A DNA stretch of 63,510 nt, the filler included, from Neolecta irregularis DAH-3 (lineage: Eukaryota), in the NCBI GenBank assembly GCA_001929475.1. It is 17 parts of 17 records of this genome, joined end to end, with 100 filler letters (N's around TTAATTAATTAA, not from the genome) between each part and the next. Parts side by side here need not be neighbours in the genome. Positions count along the whole stretch, not along the records: positions 36,868 to 40,199 come from LXFE01001895.1; positions 40,300 to 46,468 come from LXFE01001896.1; positions 46,569 to 56,725 come from LXFE01001897.1; 14 more parts are not named here. One strand, 5' to 3'. How positions within the stretch are numbered: the first letter of the stretch is position 1; every line of letters begins with the position of its first letter. A program made the position numbers and the translations under genes. This document shows positions 36,868-49,359 of the stretch, in pieces. The notes under the pieces were generated by a model that was not told the DNA's origin, made no database searches, and saw nothing but the letters and a program-made list of their open reading frames with translations.

Positions 36868-37426
36868 CGTGTAATCTTCGACTTTGCGAGTATGGACATT
36901 GTAAAACATGGAGTTTATTGTACAGTCTCTCCTTGACGCGTCTTCCTTTGGCGTTCCAAATTTCTCTTGAGACTTGGTAATGCATTGACACGGGGAATAC
37001 CATTTCTGGAATCCGGCTTGTTGTGGTGTATTCTTCGCTCCGCAGATTTACAAAATCGAGATCTAGATCTAGAAATCTGGTCGTTGCTGTTTCCAGGTGT
37101 TTTGATTTTGCCGGATTACTCTCGATTTTAGTTATGGATGTCAAGTCTGAGGATCCGGTTGTATCGAGATAATTTTTCATTTTGAGAGCGAATTGGTAGC
37201 CTGTTTGCGAATCGAGGGTTACGTCGAGATCGTTGCATTGGATACTGAGAAGCTTTGCGGTAAGAGAAGATGTAGTACGGATTACCTTGTCGCGAACCCA
37301 TCCGCCGGCCAACCGTACAGTCACGTCTTTGCCCTCTTTTATTTTTATGTGATCTGCAGTTGCGACCAGAGCTTTTCGAAGCCGTTCTTCTTTGGGGGTA
37401 AGAACTATTTCCGGGCAACAAGTCAT
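36868..37426 (-). CDS. CCA1: tRNA nucleotidyltransferase (CCA-adding enzyme), 5' part
   Basis: VRLAGGWVRDK|LL...DLDV; KSKHLETAT; DFVNLRSEEY...RIPEM|KFGTPKEDASRRDCTINSMFYN. Confidence 0.95.
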
Positions 37427-37571
37427 TTTAAAGGAAAGGGATCGCCGTGAGAGAAGAAGACGAGCCACGATGATAATTTAGATTGGAGTTGGTTACTCGG
37501 TTGACTTTGACCTCTTTCGCTCAACTCGAGCGACCTCTTTCGCTAACTCGGTTGACTTTCGCTACCTATAC

Positions 37572-39303
37572 ATGGCCAATGGCACCAAGAGCGATAACCT
37601 TGAAAAGTCTACTTGCGAACCAATCGGACTTGCCGCTCAGCGGAGGAGTTTGATAGTTGGAGCATTTTCGCCTCATGTGGCCGTGGTGTGTTCGCCTGAT
37701 GTGGATGAGATTGCACGCGATAAAGGCTGGAGCGGGTTTCTCGATCTTTTGAGGCCGTTTGGGGACCGAATCGCTGGACGCGTTAGTGTTCGCGATTCAC
37801 AAGGAACGAGCAGTTCGTATGATGATTTCTGTGTGAGGTTTGTCGAGTTGCCGAGAATGGAGGCGGGCGGGGAAATTTACCCCGGGAGTATCAGTGGAGG
37901 CGATCTTGTTGCGATTGAACGGCTTGCGGAGAACTACTTGGAGAGGGATGATGCGTGGGAGCTTTACTTTTCCAAGCTTGTGACTGCGTTGCCGCTGTCA
38001 TCGCACGAAACGTTTTCGCATCCGGTATGCTGTGTTTCATTTGTTTCGTCGCGGAACGAGAATCCGATGGATGCGCTTACAGTGTGCTATGCGCAGAGTG
38101 TGGATTCTGGGTATCCTGGATACGTGGACCGGTCGTATTTGCGGTACTGGGTGCTGATTCACGACGAGCAAGGGGACGATCTTGAAAAGTAAGGGTGAAA
38201 GAGAGCAAGGGTAACGGCAGGTCTAATGCTGTGTTTGAGATTATGCAGCGGCATTACAAGACGAATGTGTACATGGTGCGGATATGCTCGAAGCGGGCCA
38301 CGGGGGCCGACGCGGGGGTTGTCTGTGTGCCGCAGCCGGAATGGCGGTCTGCCGGCGAGGATCTCGTTCTCCGCGGCGGCTCAAAGAAGTACATGAAGCA
38401 GGCAGACTACGATTCGCTCGAGATGTTTGTCCGGGACATGACCCGGTCCAACATTGTGCCGTTTATGGAGCAACACGTGCACATATGGAACGAGCAGGTA
38501 TATCTATCTATTGCTAGTCTTACTGGCCGAGCTTGCGGCGGCGCGCCTGGGCCTTGCGGGGCGGCTCTTTACTGCATCGCGGCGGTACTTTGGCGGATCG
38601 AACCGGGCGGCGTCTGGGACCACGTACAGCTCGGCGGCGGGCGCGTACCCGGTGGACAGCGACGAGGCGCGGCTGCGCAAGATGGCCGACTATGCGGCGA
38701 TGCTGCGCGACTGGCGGCTTGCGCACTCGACGTACGAGTTTCTGCGCCGCGACTACGGCAACGACAAGGCGTGGAAGCACCACGCGGGGGCGCAGGTGCG
38801 CTCGCCCTCCGCTGCTGCTGCTGCTGAGGTTCTAGGAGATGGCCGCTGTTTCGCAGCTGATGGTGAACGCGGGCAGGGTGCGGGCGGACGCGGTGGATGC
38901 GATGCTGGACGCTGCGAGCTACTCGTACCTGTCGCGCTGTTCGCTGCCGTATTATGCGCTGCGGAGCGTGGTTGTTGCCGCGGAGCTGATGCGGGCGGGT
39001 GCGGGTGCGGGCGCGGACGGGGCGGCGCACTGGACGATGCGGGCGGCGGCGCTGGGGGCGGCGGGAGGCGTCGGCGTGGCGTTGCTAAGCGAGCATGTGG
39101 CGCATTGCTACGTGGCGCAGTCGCGGCGGCGCAAGCGAGCGATGTGGCTGGTGCTTGCGTGTTCTGGGTGGCTGGAGCGGCAGCTGGCGGCGCCGGCGCG
39201 GCGGTGTCTGCAGGCGGCGCAGAGCGCAGACGGGGCGCTGGAGCAGTGGGATGCAGCGGCCGCGTGGATGCGGCAGTTGTCATTGGAGTGTGAGGTTAAT
39301 TGA
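37572..39303 (+). CDS. TRS85: TRAPPIII subunit Trs85, 3 introns
   Basis: AFSPHVAV; DLLRPFG; HETFSHPV; IVPFMEQHVHIWNEQ; RKMADYAAMLRDW; DKAWKHHAGAQ|EMAA. Confidence 0.9.
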
Positions 39304-39360
39304 GGGTAATGTGGGGTAATTGAGGGTAATTGAGGGTAATGTGAGGTAATGTGAGGTGAG
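39294..39360 (+). repeat. 10-bp G-rich tandem repeat (TGAGGGTAAT/GTGAGGTAAT)
   Basis: About 6 units overlapping the TRS85 stop codon. Confidence 0.85.
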
Positions 39361-39686
39361 AGGGATGAAGTGAGAGGATAGTAATAGTGTTGCACATGGA
39401 CCATAACTTTATCCATACGACTAGGGAAAGCCTGGTCCACAGAGATGGACCGGATGGACAGTCACGTGATCGTAGGTCGAGATTTATCGTCATGAAATAG
39501 TTTCAACATGAACTGTTAATATATCATAGAAATCTGGACATATCAATGCTAGAGTCTGAGAACGATTAGTGTCTACAATCTACTGCCAGATAGTCGAGAT
39601 AGTATCTTATAACACGGCATTGAAGCTAAATCAGGATGGACCAGTCCATGGACCGACCTTGAAGTCCATTCTATGAAACTGGATGG

Positions 39687-39829
39687 TGAGAGGGGAGAGG
39701 ATGGTGAGGAGGGAGAGAGAGAGGAGAGAGAGGAGAGAGGAGAGAGAGAGAGGAGAGAGAGGAGAGAGAGAAAGAGAGAGGAGAGGATGGTGAGGAGAGG
39801 AGAGAGAGGATCGAGAAAGACAGACAGAG
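39687..39829 (+). repeat. (GA/GGA)n polypurine tract
   Basis: About 140 nt nearly pyrimidine-free, immediately 5' of the CHM7 ATG. Confidence 0.9.
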
Positions 39830-39838
39830 ATCACCACC

Positions 39839-40199
39839 ATGCCGCCACCCCCCTTTGCCGCCATTCTCGCCGCACAGCCCGCGTTCAGCACCGCGCGGCT
39901 GCCGTCGCTGTACTCGGACTTTGCGGCGCAGCGGGCGGCCAACCCCGAGGGCTACCGCGCAAACGCCGCGCTGTGGATCGCCGCGCTGGAGCAGGCGCTG
40001 CTGGCGGGCGCCCTGGAACCGGCGGGCAACGCAACCGTGCTCGATGTCGATGCGCGGCTGCTGCAGGCCACCAGCCACCGCGAGCACGGCGCCCCGCCGG
40101 CGCTCGCTGCCGCCATCGTCCGTCCTCCTTCTGTGTCCTGACCGACCCGCAGGCCGACGCTGCCGCCGCCGGCGCCTGGCTCTCGATCGAGCACTTTCT
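39839..40199 (+). CDS. CHM7: ESCRT-II/III hybrid Chm7/Cmp7 (CHMP7), 5' part
   Basis: RLPSLYSDF...NPEGYRANAALW N-terminal motif; one intron; truncated by the contig end. Confidence 0.8.
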
Positions 40200-40299
40200 N
40201 NNNNNNNNNNNNNNNNNNNNNNNNNNNNNNNNNNNNNNNNNNNTTAATTAATTAANNNNNNNNNNNNNNNNNNNNNNNNNNNNNNNNNNNNNNNNNNNN

Positions 40300-40422
40300 A
40301 ATAGCCAAATATTTGACTACTTGGATTTGGTTTATATTTGGCTAATTTTGGGCCCATTTGATTTGACTATTTGGCAAATATTTGAATTTGGTTTATTATC
40401 GTTTGAGTTATTAGGAACACTG
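40300..40422 (-). mobile_element. End of a second hAT-like MITE (terminus CAGTGTTCCTAA, ATTTGG/ATTTGA subterminal repeats)
   Basis: TTAGGAACACTG at 40411-40422 resembles the CAGGGTTCCTAA end at 6502; repeated ATTTG(G/A) array inside. Confidence 0.6.
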
Positions 40423-41239
40423 AATTGAACTCCAAGGTCCCCCGCGAGAATTGAACCATGCCACTGAAATTCGATTGAAATCAGTAGAGATACAATGGAG
40501 TGTTCATGCAGAAATCTTTATTGAAGGAGAATTAGAGCGGGAGTTATTTTCGCACAGTTTACTAGATTGGATAGATTTAGCACCAGGAATCGAGTTTATG
40601 GTCCAAGTCCTCTTGCCAATATTATCCATGCTCAGAATCTTGATATACAGACCGTGCACTCGCTCGGGTTAGGGTTAGGAGCCCCAGCGTCCACTGCATC
40701 CTCCCCGTCAGTCTGGAGCAGCCCACCATATCAGCCCGGACGCTCCCGCCGCCGGCTGCCACGTCTCCAGCCCACGCGCACCACCGCCCCGATCCAGCCC
40801 TGCACCCGCGCCGCCCGCAGATACCCCCGCGACCCCGCAGCACCTCCCCTCCCCCGTAATCTGGCACCCACTGATATACAATTCGTGCTGCCGCGTTGCT
40901 CTCCGACATGTCGTTGGTCACAATAGTATTATCTCTTTATATATTTATATATATTATTCGTATTCTTACATCACCATATTTCAAACTACAACCAGATATG
41001 ATAGATACAAGATCGGTTATATATGTTGCTGCTGGTGCGAATTCCTCAACGAATAGTGAGATAATTCAGTTGTCATTCAGAAATTGATTTCCCAGTTCTT
41101 TTATAAATGTTCTTTTCAATAAAACAAAAATCGTTATATCCCACATGTGCAGTTTTAGTCTGGAAATAGGCCATGTGGAATTTCACCTGGTGGATGATTC
41201 TCACGACTACCCTTAACCCTTCATCTTTCCCAAGCAAGC

Positions 41240-42801
41240 ATGGCTGGCCCGCTTTCTGCAGCCTCTCTCAATATGATCACTGCTCCGCTTCAGGAATTGG
41301 ATACACAAGTTCACGAAATTCTAGTGCAAGAAAAGAAACGTCAACTAGAAAGCATTGTCTTGATCGCTTCGGAAAATTTCACTTCACGTGCGGTAATGGA
41401 CTGTCTTGGCTCGCACATGCAAAACAAGTATAGTGAGGGGTATCCCGGTGCTAGGTACTATGGTGGAAACCAATGGATCGATAAAATGGAGCTCTTATGT
41501 CAGCAACGAGCGCGACAAGTATTCAATCTCAAGGAAGAAGAATGGGGCGTCAACGTCCAATGTACAACTATAGATGCTGGGAAGATCTAACAGTCAGCTC
41601 TTTCAGGAAGTCCTGCAAATCTTCAAGTCTACCAAGCACTCATGAGACCCCACGAACGATTGATGGGATTGGATCTCCCTGATGGTGGCCAGTATGGCTT
41701 TTTTCGCAGTATTCTGATTCATCCATTCTAGTCTTTCCCATGGTTATCAAACAGACACAAAAAAGATTTCTGCCGTGTCTACGTATTTCGAATCGATGCC
41801 ATATCGATGTGACCCAAAAACTGGCCTGATTGATTATGATGCTCTTTCCGCCAACGCAAAACTATTCCGACCAAAAGTAATCGTTGCTGGAACTTCGGCA
41901 TATTGTCGAGAAATCGATTATGCTCGAATGAAACAGATTGCAGAGAGCGTCAATGCGTATCTTGTGGTTGACATGGCGCATATCTCTGGTAGCCTCCCTT
42001 TCACACCCGAGTTGTGTTGATTGCTGCAGGGTTGGTCGCTGCGGGAGTGACCAAGTCGCCATTTCCATATGCTGATGTAGTCACAACGACGACTCACAAA
42101 TCATTGCGAGGGCCTCGTGGAGCAATGATTTTCTACAGAAGGGGCGTTCGAAAAATTGATAATAAAGGAAATGAAATCAAGTACGATTTGGAAGGGATCA
42201 ACTTTTCGGTCTTCCCTGCCCACCAAGGTGGTCCGCATAACCATACTATTGTATCCTGATCAGCTGTGACGTATTGCATGCTGACTTTCAGAGTGGAATT
42301 ACTGCTGCTTTAGGACATGCTCTCACTCCTGAATACAAAGAATATCAAACTCAAGTTGTCAAGAATGCGAAAACTCTTGAGCGCGAATTCTTTAGCTTGG
42401 GGTACACATTGGTCTCTGGTGGCACAGACTCGCATATGATTTTAATCGACCTCAAGGCACAAGGTGTGGACGGGGCTCGAGTGGAACGAATCTTGGAATT
42501 GGTGAATATTGCATGCAATAAAAACACTGTGCCGGGAGATAAATCCGCTTTTGTTCCCAGTGGAATACGCTTGGGATCACCTGCAATGACGAGCAGAGGA
42601 TTCAAGGAGGAAGAGTTCAAAAGAGTTGTTGGAATGATTGATCAGTGTGTCAAACTTGCCGTGCAGATTCAAAAGACTGTTGGTGGGAAACTAAAGGAAT
42701 TCAACGAAAAACTCGGCGACGGCAAAGATTATAAAGAAATTTCTGATTTGCGAGAACAAATTATTGGATGGGTTCGCCAATATCCTTTGCCGGGAAATTA
42801 A
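41240..42801 (+). CDS. SHM2: Serine hydroxymethyltransferase, probably cytosolic, 4 introns
   Basis: [47 protein letters not shown]; no presequence. Confidence 0.95.
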
Positions 42802-44004
42802 TCGCATATCTTTTTTCTTAATGTAGAATGTATACAATACTAGATTGATCACTTTTGAAAATCAAAGATATGTGTATGTTTAACATACTCTAAAAAAGCA
42901 TATGGGTTAACAAGTAGCGGAATTAACGATGTGTTTGAAATCGACTTCAATAACCATTATCAAATTTGGGGACAAAGCTTTGACATTGTTTTGTGGTATG
43001 AAACTTTTTCTTTGTCCTTCCAAGAAGAGTTGTTTTTCCCTTGGCTCATTATCACCCGTCGGCCGTAACTCGTTTGATTCGCTTTTATGCCGACGTAGAT
43101 ATTATGAGTAAGAGTAACTACATATTGAATATCAGGTGAAAGCCTCCCAGCTAGTCCGGCTGGGCGTCATGTTATATAAGCCTTCCTAATCTCCATTTTC
43201 TTTTCTTATCCCGTTATCCAGATCTTTATCACATGGCAGGTAGTGGTTGTGCCACCAATAAACGGAGACCGCATGAGGATACATCTACTTCATCGAGCTG
43301 AAAACAACACGTGTTTATTACAACCCAAAAATAGATATTTATGTTTCAGTGCGGATGCTTTGCTATCACCGGAAAAGGGATGATCGAAATATCGAGATCG
43401 GAGTTTACTGAACTGGCCTCTCTTGCATTAACTACCCTATCTAATCAAGGCTTGCCATAATTACTTCAATGCTATTCCAAGTTCTCGGTAAAGCTCTTCC
43501 CTCCCTAGACCTCCACAATTTCTATCTTCACTATTCGTCTTTAATTAGCTGACCTACCTACCTCGGTCCAGTTCTGTCTCCGTAAGAGTGTTTTCGTAAC
43601 TGGGAAGCTGACTAGTCACTGCGTGTAATTGGTTTTCCTTCTTATCTACTGCATGTGCTAGGAGGAAGTGCAAGTATTTGGGACAGTCTTCTGCCCCTCT
43701 TAACATACAGACTTAGGGTTAGCCCTCCCCGACCTTCAATCTTTTTGGATTTCAAAGTTTGGGGCGGATTATGTGGTACAGGCTTATAAACTTGAGCTAC
43801 AACGTGAATGTAACAAGTGCTACATATAAAACCAATGAACCCTTTGGTAATCAGACAAAGATAGTAGAAACATAAAGGATCTCCTAAACGTCCTCTACAG
43901 AATTACTTAATTTCATATACAATATAACATTTAGTCTCGTGGTAAGTTTATACGGATAAATTAAAACTGTACAGTATCAGTTGCCAAGAATAATATTTAT
44001 AGCG

Positions 44005-45235
44005 CTACTTTTGCACCCATTCGGAATGACCGATACCGTCAACCAAATCTAAACTCTTCATACTGCGTAAGACTCGTCTTGGGGTTTCTGGAATCTTTGC
44101 ATCAGCTGCTTTATTGGTGGAAGCTTTGGTGAGTTTGCGGGAATCATTATTGTCTTCCGAGTAAGCGAACATGGCCTTGATATCTCCCCTGTACCAAGCG
44201 AGAAAGGAGACAGAGATGATACATGAAGGGGATAGATATAGCAATGCGGGCTGAGCAGATTTGAAGAAATGCATTACGAGAACGGTGACTGTCAATCCAG
44301 CGATGTAGGCTGTGAAACAGGTAATAAAGTAAGATTTGGGAAAAGCAGATTTGTTGAAGGATAATTTTGGGTGTCGCGAATGATACAGGAACGCGTCAAA
44401 GCGAAGAGACAGCGCGACAAAGATGCCTAGGATCGCGTCAGTGATGATTACGGGGATAATGAACCTGGAAGGACGATGTCGCCGAGACCGAGGATGCCGT
44501 AGTCGCCGGAAGATTTTGGCCAGGAAAGTTTTATGGGGATATCGAGGCCTGTTGCTACGGCGAGCATGATAGGGGAACCAAAGACGAAAAAGATATCGTA
44601 AAAGAAGAGGCCGGATAAGAGGACGACGCCGGTTTTGAAATCAGATAGTTTCATTAACTGGAGTAAGATATATGGAATTGAAGGCACAGTACAGAGAAGG
44701 CGCTGTAAGCGATGCCTATGGCGAGGATGTCTGAGAGGAGCCAGTGTTTTGAGTAAAAGTAGGCGAGACAGAGGGCGAAGGCGAGAGGCATAGTGAAGAG
44801 ATGGCGCTCGTTGAACTTGAACTGCAGCAGCGCAGCCAGTGACCGCGAAGGATTGCCGCGGGTAGACAGCGCGATCTTGCGTGGAGGAGACGACAGAAGG
44901 AGCCCGAATGAATCTGCGAGAGTCGTACTCAACATGGGGAGCCCGAGCAGGCAAAAATACAAAGTCAAAATCAGATTTAGCATTTCTTTATCCACGAGAG
45001 ACAGCAGCACGTAGAGAAACGTGAGAACAGCTCCGGAAGCGAACGGAAACCAATAGGCATCGCGAAGTGACAACATTTCTGAGATGGAGTCTTCGTCGTC
45101 GTTGTCAGCTGGAAGTGCATTTTGGGGTCTGTGAAGAGCGGCATGGGCGCCTGAGTAGACAATTGCACTGCTAATGAGCAACAATAGCAGTGAACACAGT
45201 TCTGGGGTTGCAGCAAGCGGTGAGGGTGCAGCCAT
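44005..45235 (-). CDS. Signal peptide peptidase (A22B aspartic protease), 2 introns
   Basis: GLFFYDIFFVF; LGLGDIVLPG; QPALLYL. Confidence 0.94.
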
Positions 45236-46031
45236 GCCTGTTGCACCTTTGGTGTGGTGGTAAGTATTTGTTGTGGTTAGTGTGAGATCAGGGGTTCTCT
45301 GGGACTCGTGTTTTTCTCGTGTGCTTTTTTTTCCACCCCAAGTTTCATTTTCACTCCCATCTATGTCCTCTATCCCAACCCTTCCTGGATCTCTTCCTGG
45401 TACGTCTGTCTTCTCTTTTTTTGTCCAACATGATGATCACACACGGATGTATTCACACTGTCCAAGACACGTCTATGCCGATATCCGTTGCCTTCCTTCT
45501 GAAATATTTCTTTCTCTCGATTATTTTACTCGACTAACACGACAGCGTCTATACGCCATACGAAACGGATATAATTATTGTAGCTCTACATTTTCCGTGT
45601 ATCCACGAATCCAGCGAGATCATTAATGCCGTTAGTATAGATGTATCCACGACAGTGACCTATCCCAAAGATAACGCCGAGTTATTTTGAAACCACGATA
45701 TCCAAATATAGAATTATAGATAAAATTATTTATGTGTCTGTTACTGACAGATGTCATTAATATTTTTTATTAGGTGGGACATTTTATAAATTTAAAGGTG
45801 ATTTTGCAAAAGTGGTTTTGTGTATAGTTTGAGCGAAATGTAGGTCTCAGTGTGTCCATATTTGATTTGAATAAGGGGAGTATGAGGAGTATAATTTGTG
45901 GTTGAAAAGGCAGGAATGTGGACGATGGATTGGTAGGGAATGGCTTTGGAAAAAGATGGGCGGTGCGGGTATCTGATTGCGCAAGCGACATTCCCGCGGA
46001 GCAGGTGTTATTTTGGGCGGGGCGGGAGTGG

Positions 46032-46111
46032 ATGACGTCACGCGAGTGGGAGGGAGAGCGAGAGTAAGATGGAGGCAGAAGGGAAGGACAAAAAGAGCGC
46101 GGGTGACGTCA
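46032..46111. promoter_or_regulatory. Two perfect CRE palindromes (TGACGTCA)
   Basis: 46033-46040 (in ATGACGT context) and 46104-46111; function unproven. Confidence 0.45.
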
Positions 46112-46963
46112 CTCGGGCCGGCGAGGGTGTGGTGTATCGTGTGGCTTGGGCGATCTAGACCGAGCGTGGAGGCGGTAATTCCGGCGGGCGGGAGCAGGAC
46201 AAGGACGGGGCGGGTCACAGGGCGCACTGTGGGCGCACAAGGACGCACCGAGCGCAGCAGCTAGTTGCTGTGCCTGGGCGATCGTGGATGAGAACAAGCG
46301 TGTATATGGGCTGGATAGATATATATATATGTATCTATATGTATATGTATACATGTTCATCGCCAAGCCACGCGCGGAAGCCGCCCTGGCTGGACGCCAC
46401 CCGCATGCGGTCGCGGGCCGCCACCGAGCTGCGGCACAGGCGGGAGAGCGGGCAATCTGCGCCGCCGTNNNNNNNNNNNNNNNNNNNNNNNNNNNNNNNN
46501 NNNNNNNNNNNNTTAATTAATTAANNNNNNNNNNNNNNNNNNNNNNNNNNNNNNNNNNNNNNNNNNNNTTTTTTCTTTTTCTTTTTCTTTTTCTTTTTTG
46601 TTTTTCTTCGATTGTTGCTCACCTCATGGATGTTTCTGTTTCCATTCATTTGGTAATTAGGCCAGGGTTCTCCGCATGTATACATGAGATTTAACACAAG
46701 AAATAAAATATGTATATTCCAGTACTGAAAAAAAGGAGTGGAGTTACGAGGCGAGTCAGAAGCCTAGACGTCATTCGTGATTATCTCACCACAATAACTT
46801 TTTTGTGGGGTGGGCAACCGTCAGGTATAAATTCCAATACCCCCGGCCAGAATTCCTTCCCACCTCTTTACCCTCCTTTCAATCAGCAGTTGTGCTCCTG
46901 CTGCCCAGTACCCATCCCTCTCCTCTTCAATTGGTCCACTAACACTCGTGCAGTTCCTTCAGT

Positions 46964-49065
46964 ATGCTTCGTCGCTCTTCTTTCGCTCTTCAAAATGAGC
47001 AGCAAGCTCAAGTTGGACAACCAACACCTGCTTCAGACGAACAGTCTATGTCTACGCCTCCGGGCTCGCCTTCCAGTCTCACGGAAAGCAACCTTGTCAC
47101 TTTAACTCCCCCGTCGACAATCTCACCCAGGTACAGGCGTAACTCCATTCGACACACTTCATTTGTCGAAAACATTGTCTATACCCAGGCTCCGAAATCT
47201 AACCCATCTGTTGTTTCTACACCTGCTCGGACCGTCAATGCTCGGCGCAGTACTATCTCTTCTCTTTCGTCACTCAGGAATACTATGCAAGACATGTTTC
47301 TTGACCCTCCTCCAGATTTTGCATTAAAAGATTCTCCAGCTAAGAAATCTCAACTTCTTTTCAAGGCAAATGAGCTTGCGAATTCCTTGGCGAGAGATGT
47401 TGCGACTGGTATGCATTTGCAGCCGAAAAATATCTAATGGTACAGTGAATAGTCACGTCGCGTCTCCTTGTATTACAACTAGGATTGATGTGTCGCGTGG
47501 TCGACCTTCCTCTTGTATCTTTGTCGCTAGGTTCTGCTACTCTTCGATTGGACTGATTGTGTAGTTTAGCTGCATCTCGAAGCGACGAACAACTCAGAGA
47601 ATCAGTGACCAATCATTTCAAAGGAGTATAGACCCATCTGGCCAAGCCGTTCTAACAATAGTGGGGCAAACTGTTGTCTGTAAAGGTCTTGAAAGATTTC
47701 ATGAATAGACCTTATTCTTTTGTTCAATATACAAACGACGAAGATGCGAAAAGAGCACTTGTCGAAGCTCAAGGAACAATAGTCGATGGTAGACATATCC
47801 GTATCGAGAGAGCGCGAGTTAATCGGACATTATATATTATTAAAACTAATGGTAGAACCACTGATGAGAAGGTATTTCTTATCTTCTTCAAACCTCTTGA
47901 ATAACACATCAGGAAATAGAGAGCCTTCTAGAGTCTTTTGGCGAACTGGAAGAAGTTGTTTTCCCTTCGGAATTTAAAAACTCAAACCGAAGTCAGCGAA
48001 AGGGTTGTTTCGTACGCTTTGTATACAGAGATGATGCTATCAAAGCATTCACGGCACGCTCTATCTCATATCAACGTCGCTCATGCCTTGTAGCACATCC
48101 GGCACAATACCACTTATGGCGTCCAATGGGCCCAAAACCTCGACAATGAGGCAATCAATGGCATTGAAAAACCAGAGGCCTCGTTCAACCAGAAGTCTAT
48201 ATTCGTTGGACATTTGAATGCCGAAACTGTTTCCAATGACAAACTTGAGAGTCGCTTTGGTGTATATGGAAAGATTATGGAATGTAATCTGATTAACAAA
48301 GTCTCCAAAAATAGTTTGTCTTCCCTTGACATATCAAATTTTTGACAAATGAGGAACATCACAAGTCGCATTCGCATTTATAAAATATGAAAAAGAGGCA
48401 TACGCCACTCGAGCTATTGAAAAAGAGGTATTTACCCAATAGCGTAATTGTTTGATGCTATCTAGAACCACTCAATCTTTTTGGAAAGAATCATTCGCGT
48501 TCAATATTTGGAAATTCACAATAGAACAACTAGAGATTCCGCTCTTTTTGAACCAAAACCAGCGCCACCTCCGATTCTTACAAACTATTGCAGTCCACAA
48601 ACGACCATTGAAAACGGCTGGAATTCCAAAAACGGTTCTCCGCGAGACGCTTGTCGAAAGCCGAAAATTCAAAATGTATATCGTTACTCGTCTGAATTTG
48701 AACATGATGGTGGGCCAAACATGTATTCCCCATACCAACAAGTATGCCTTTGCACCTTCCAGAGCACTAACCTTCAGTTTCCTGGAAATGTACAAGACCA
48801 TTATGGAAACCCCGTGCTTCATAATTCATACCAGCATTTTGAACAAGCCTACACTCAGCCTGCTTATCAGCCAGGTCAGTACTTTTTTTTCCCGTCACCT
48901 CATGCATTCATACCCTACCCTAGCGGTCCTATTTACGACATGTCAATGCACTACAACTGGGCAGCGGATAGCCGCGGACAACCTTCTGCATTGAGTGGTC
49001 TTGAAAGGACAGAAGAGGGCGCTCTGCACTCCGAACCATGGCCAACGCCGGAATATGGCCCCTAG
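46964..49065 (+). CDS. RIM4: Meiotic RRM protein of the Rim4/Msa1 family, about 8 introns
   Basis: RGRPSSCIFVASLAA...VKVLKDFMNRPYSFVQY...RARVNRTL; RDDAIKAF; SIFVGHL; Q/Y/P-rich tail; GC-AG intron at 48054-48093. Confidence 0.85.
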
Positions 49066-49359
49066 ATATCTTGATAATCTTGCTTTGCTTTCGTGCTTGT
49101 AGAGATGGTCCGATGTACTGTGTTTATAGCTTTCATTTCTGGGGATTTTGTTAGTATTTTGGAGCTTACAGCAGGGAAGAAAATTTTGCGCTTTACATAA
49201 CGAATAGACGATTCTATCTGGGGAGCGCTCGTAATCAACGCCTATCCCGCCACAGCTGATCTTGTTATCTCAGCCACATCCGATAAAGGAAGGAAGTAAC
49301 CCTCTCTGTACTTGACCATTTGCCTCCAAGACAATGCGGTCTTATCACGTCTCTGCCCG

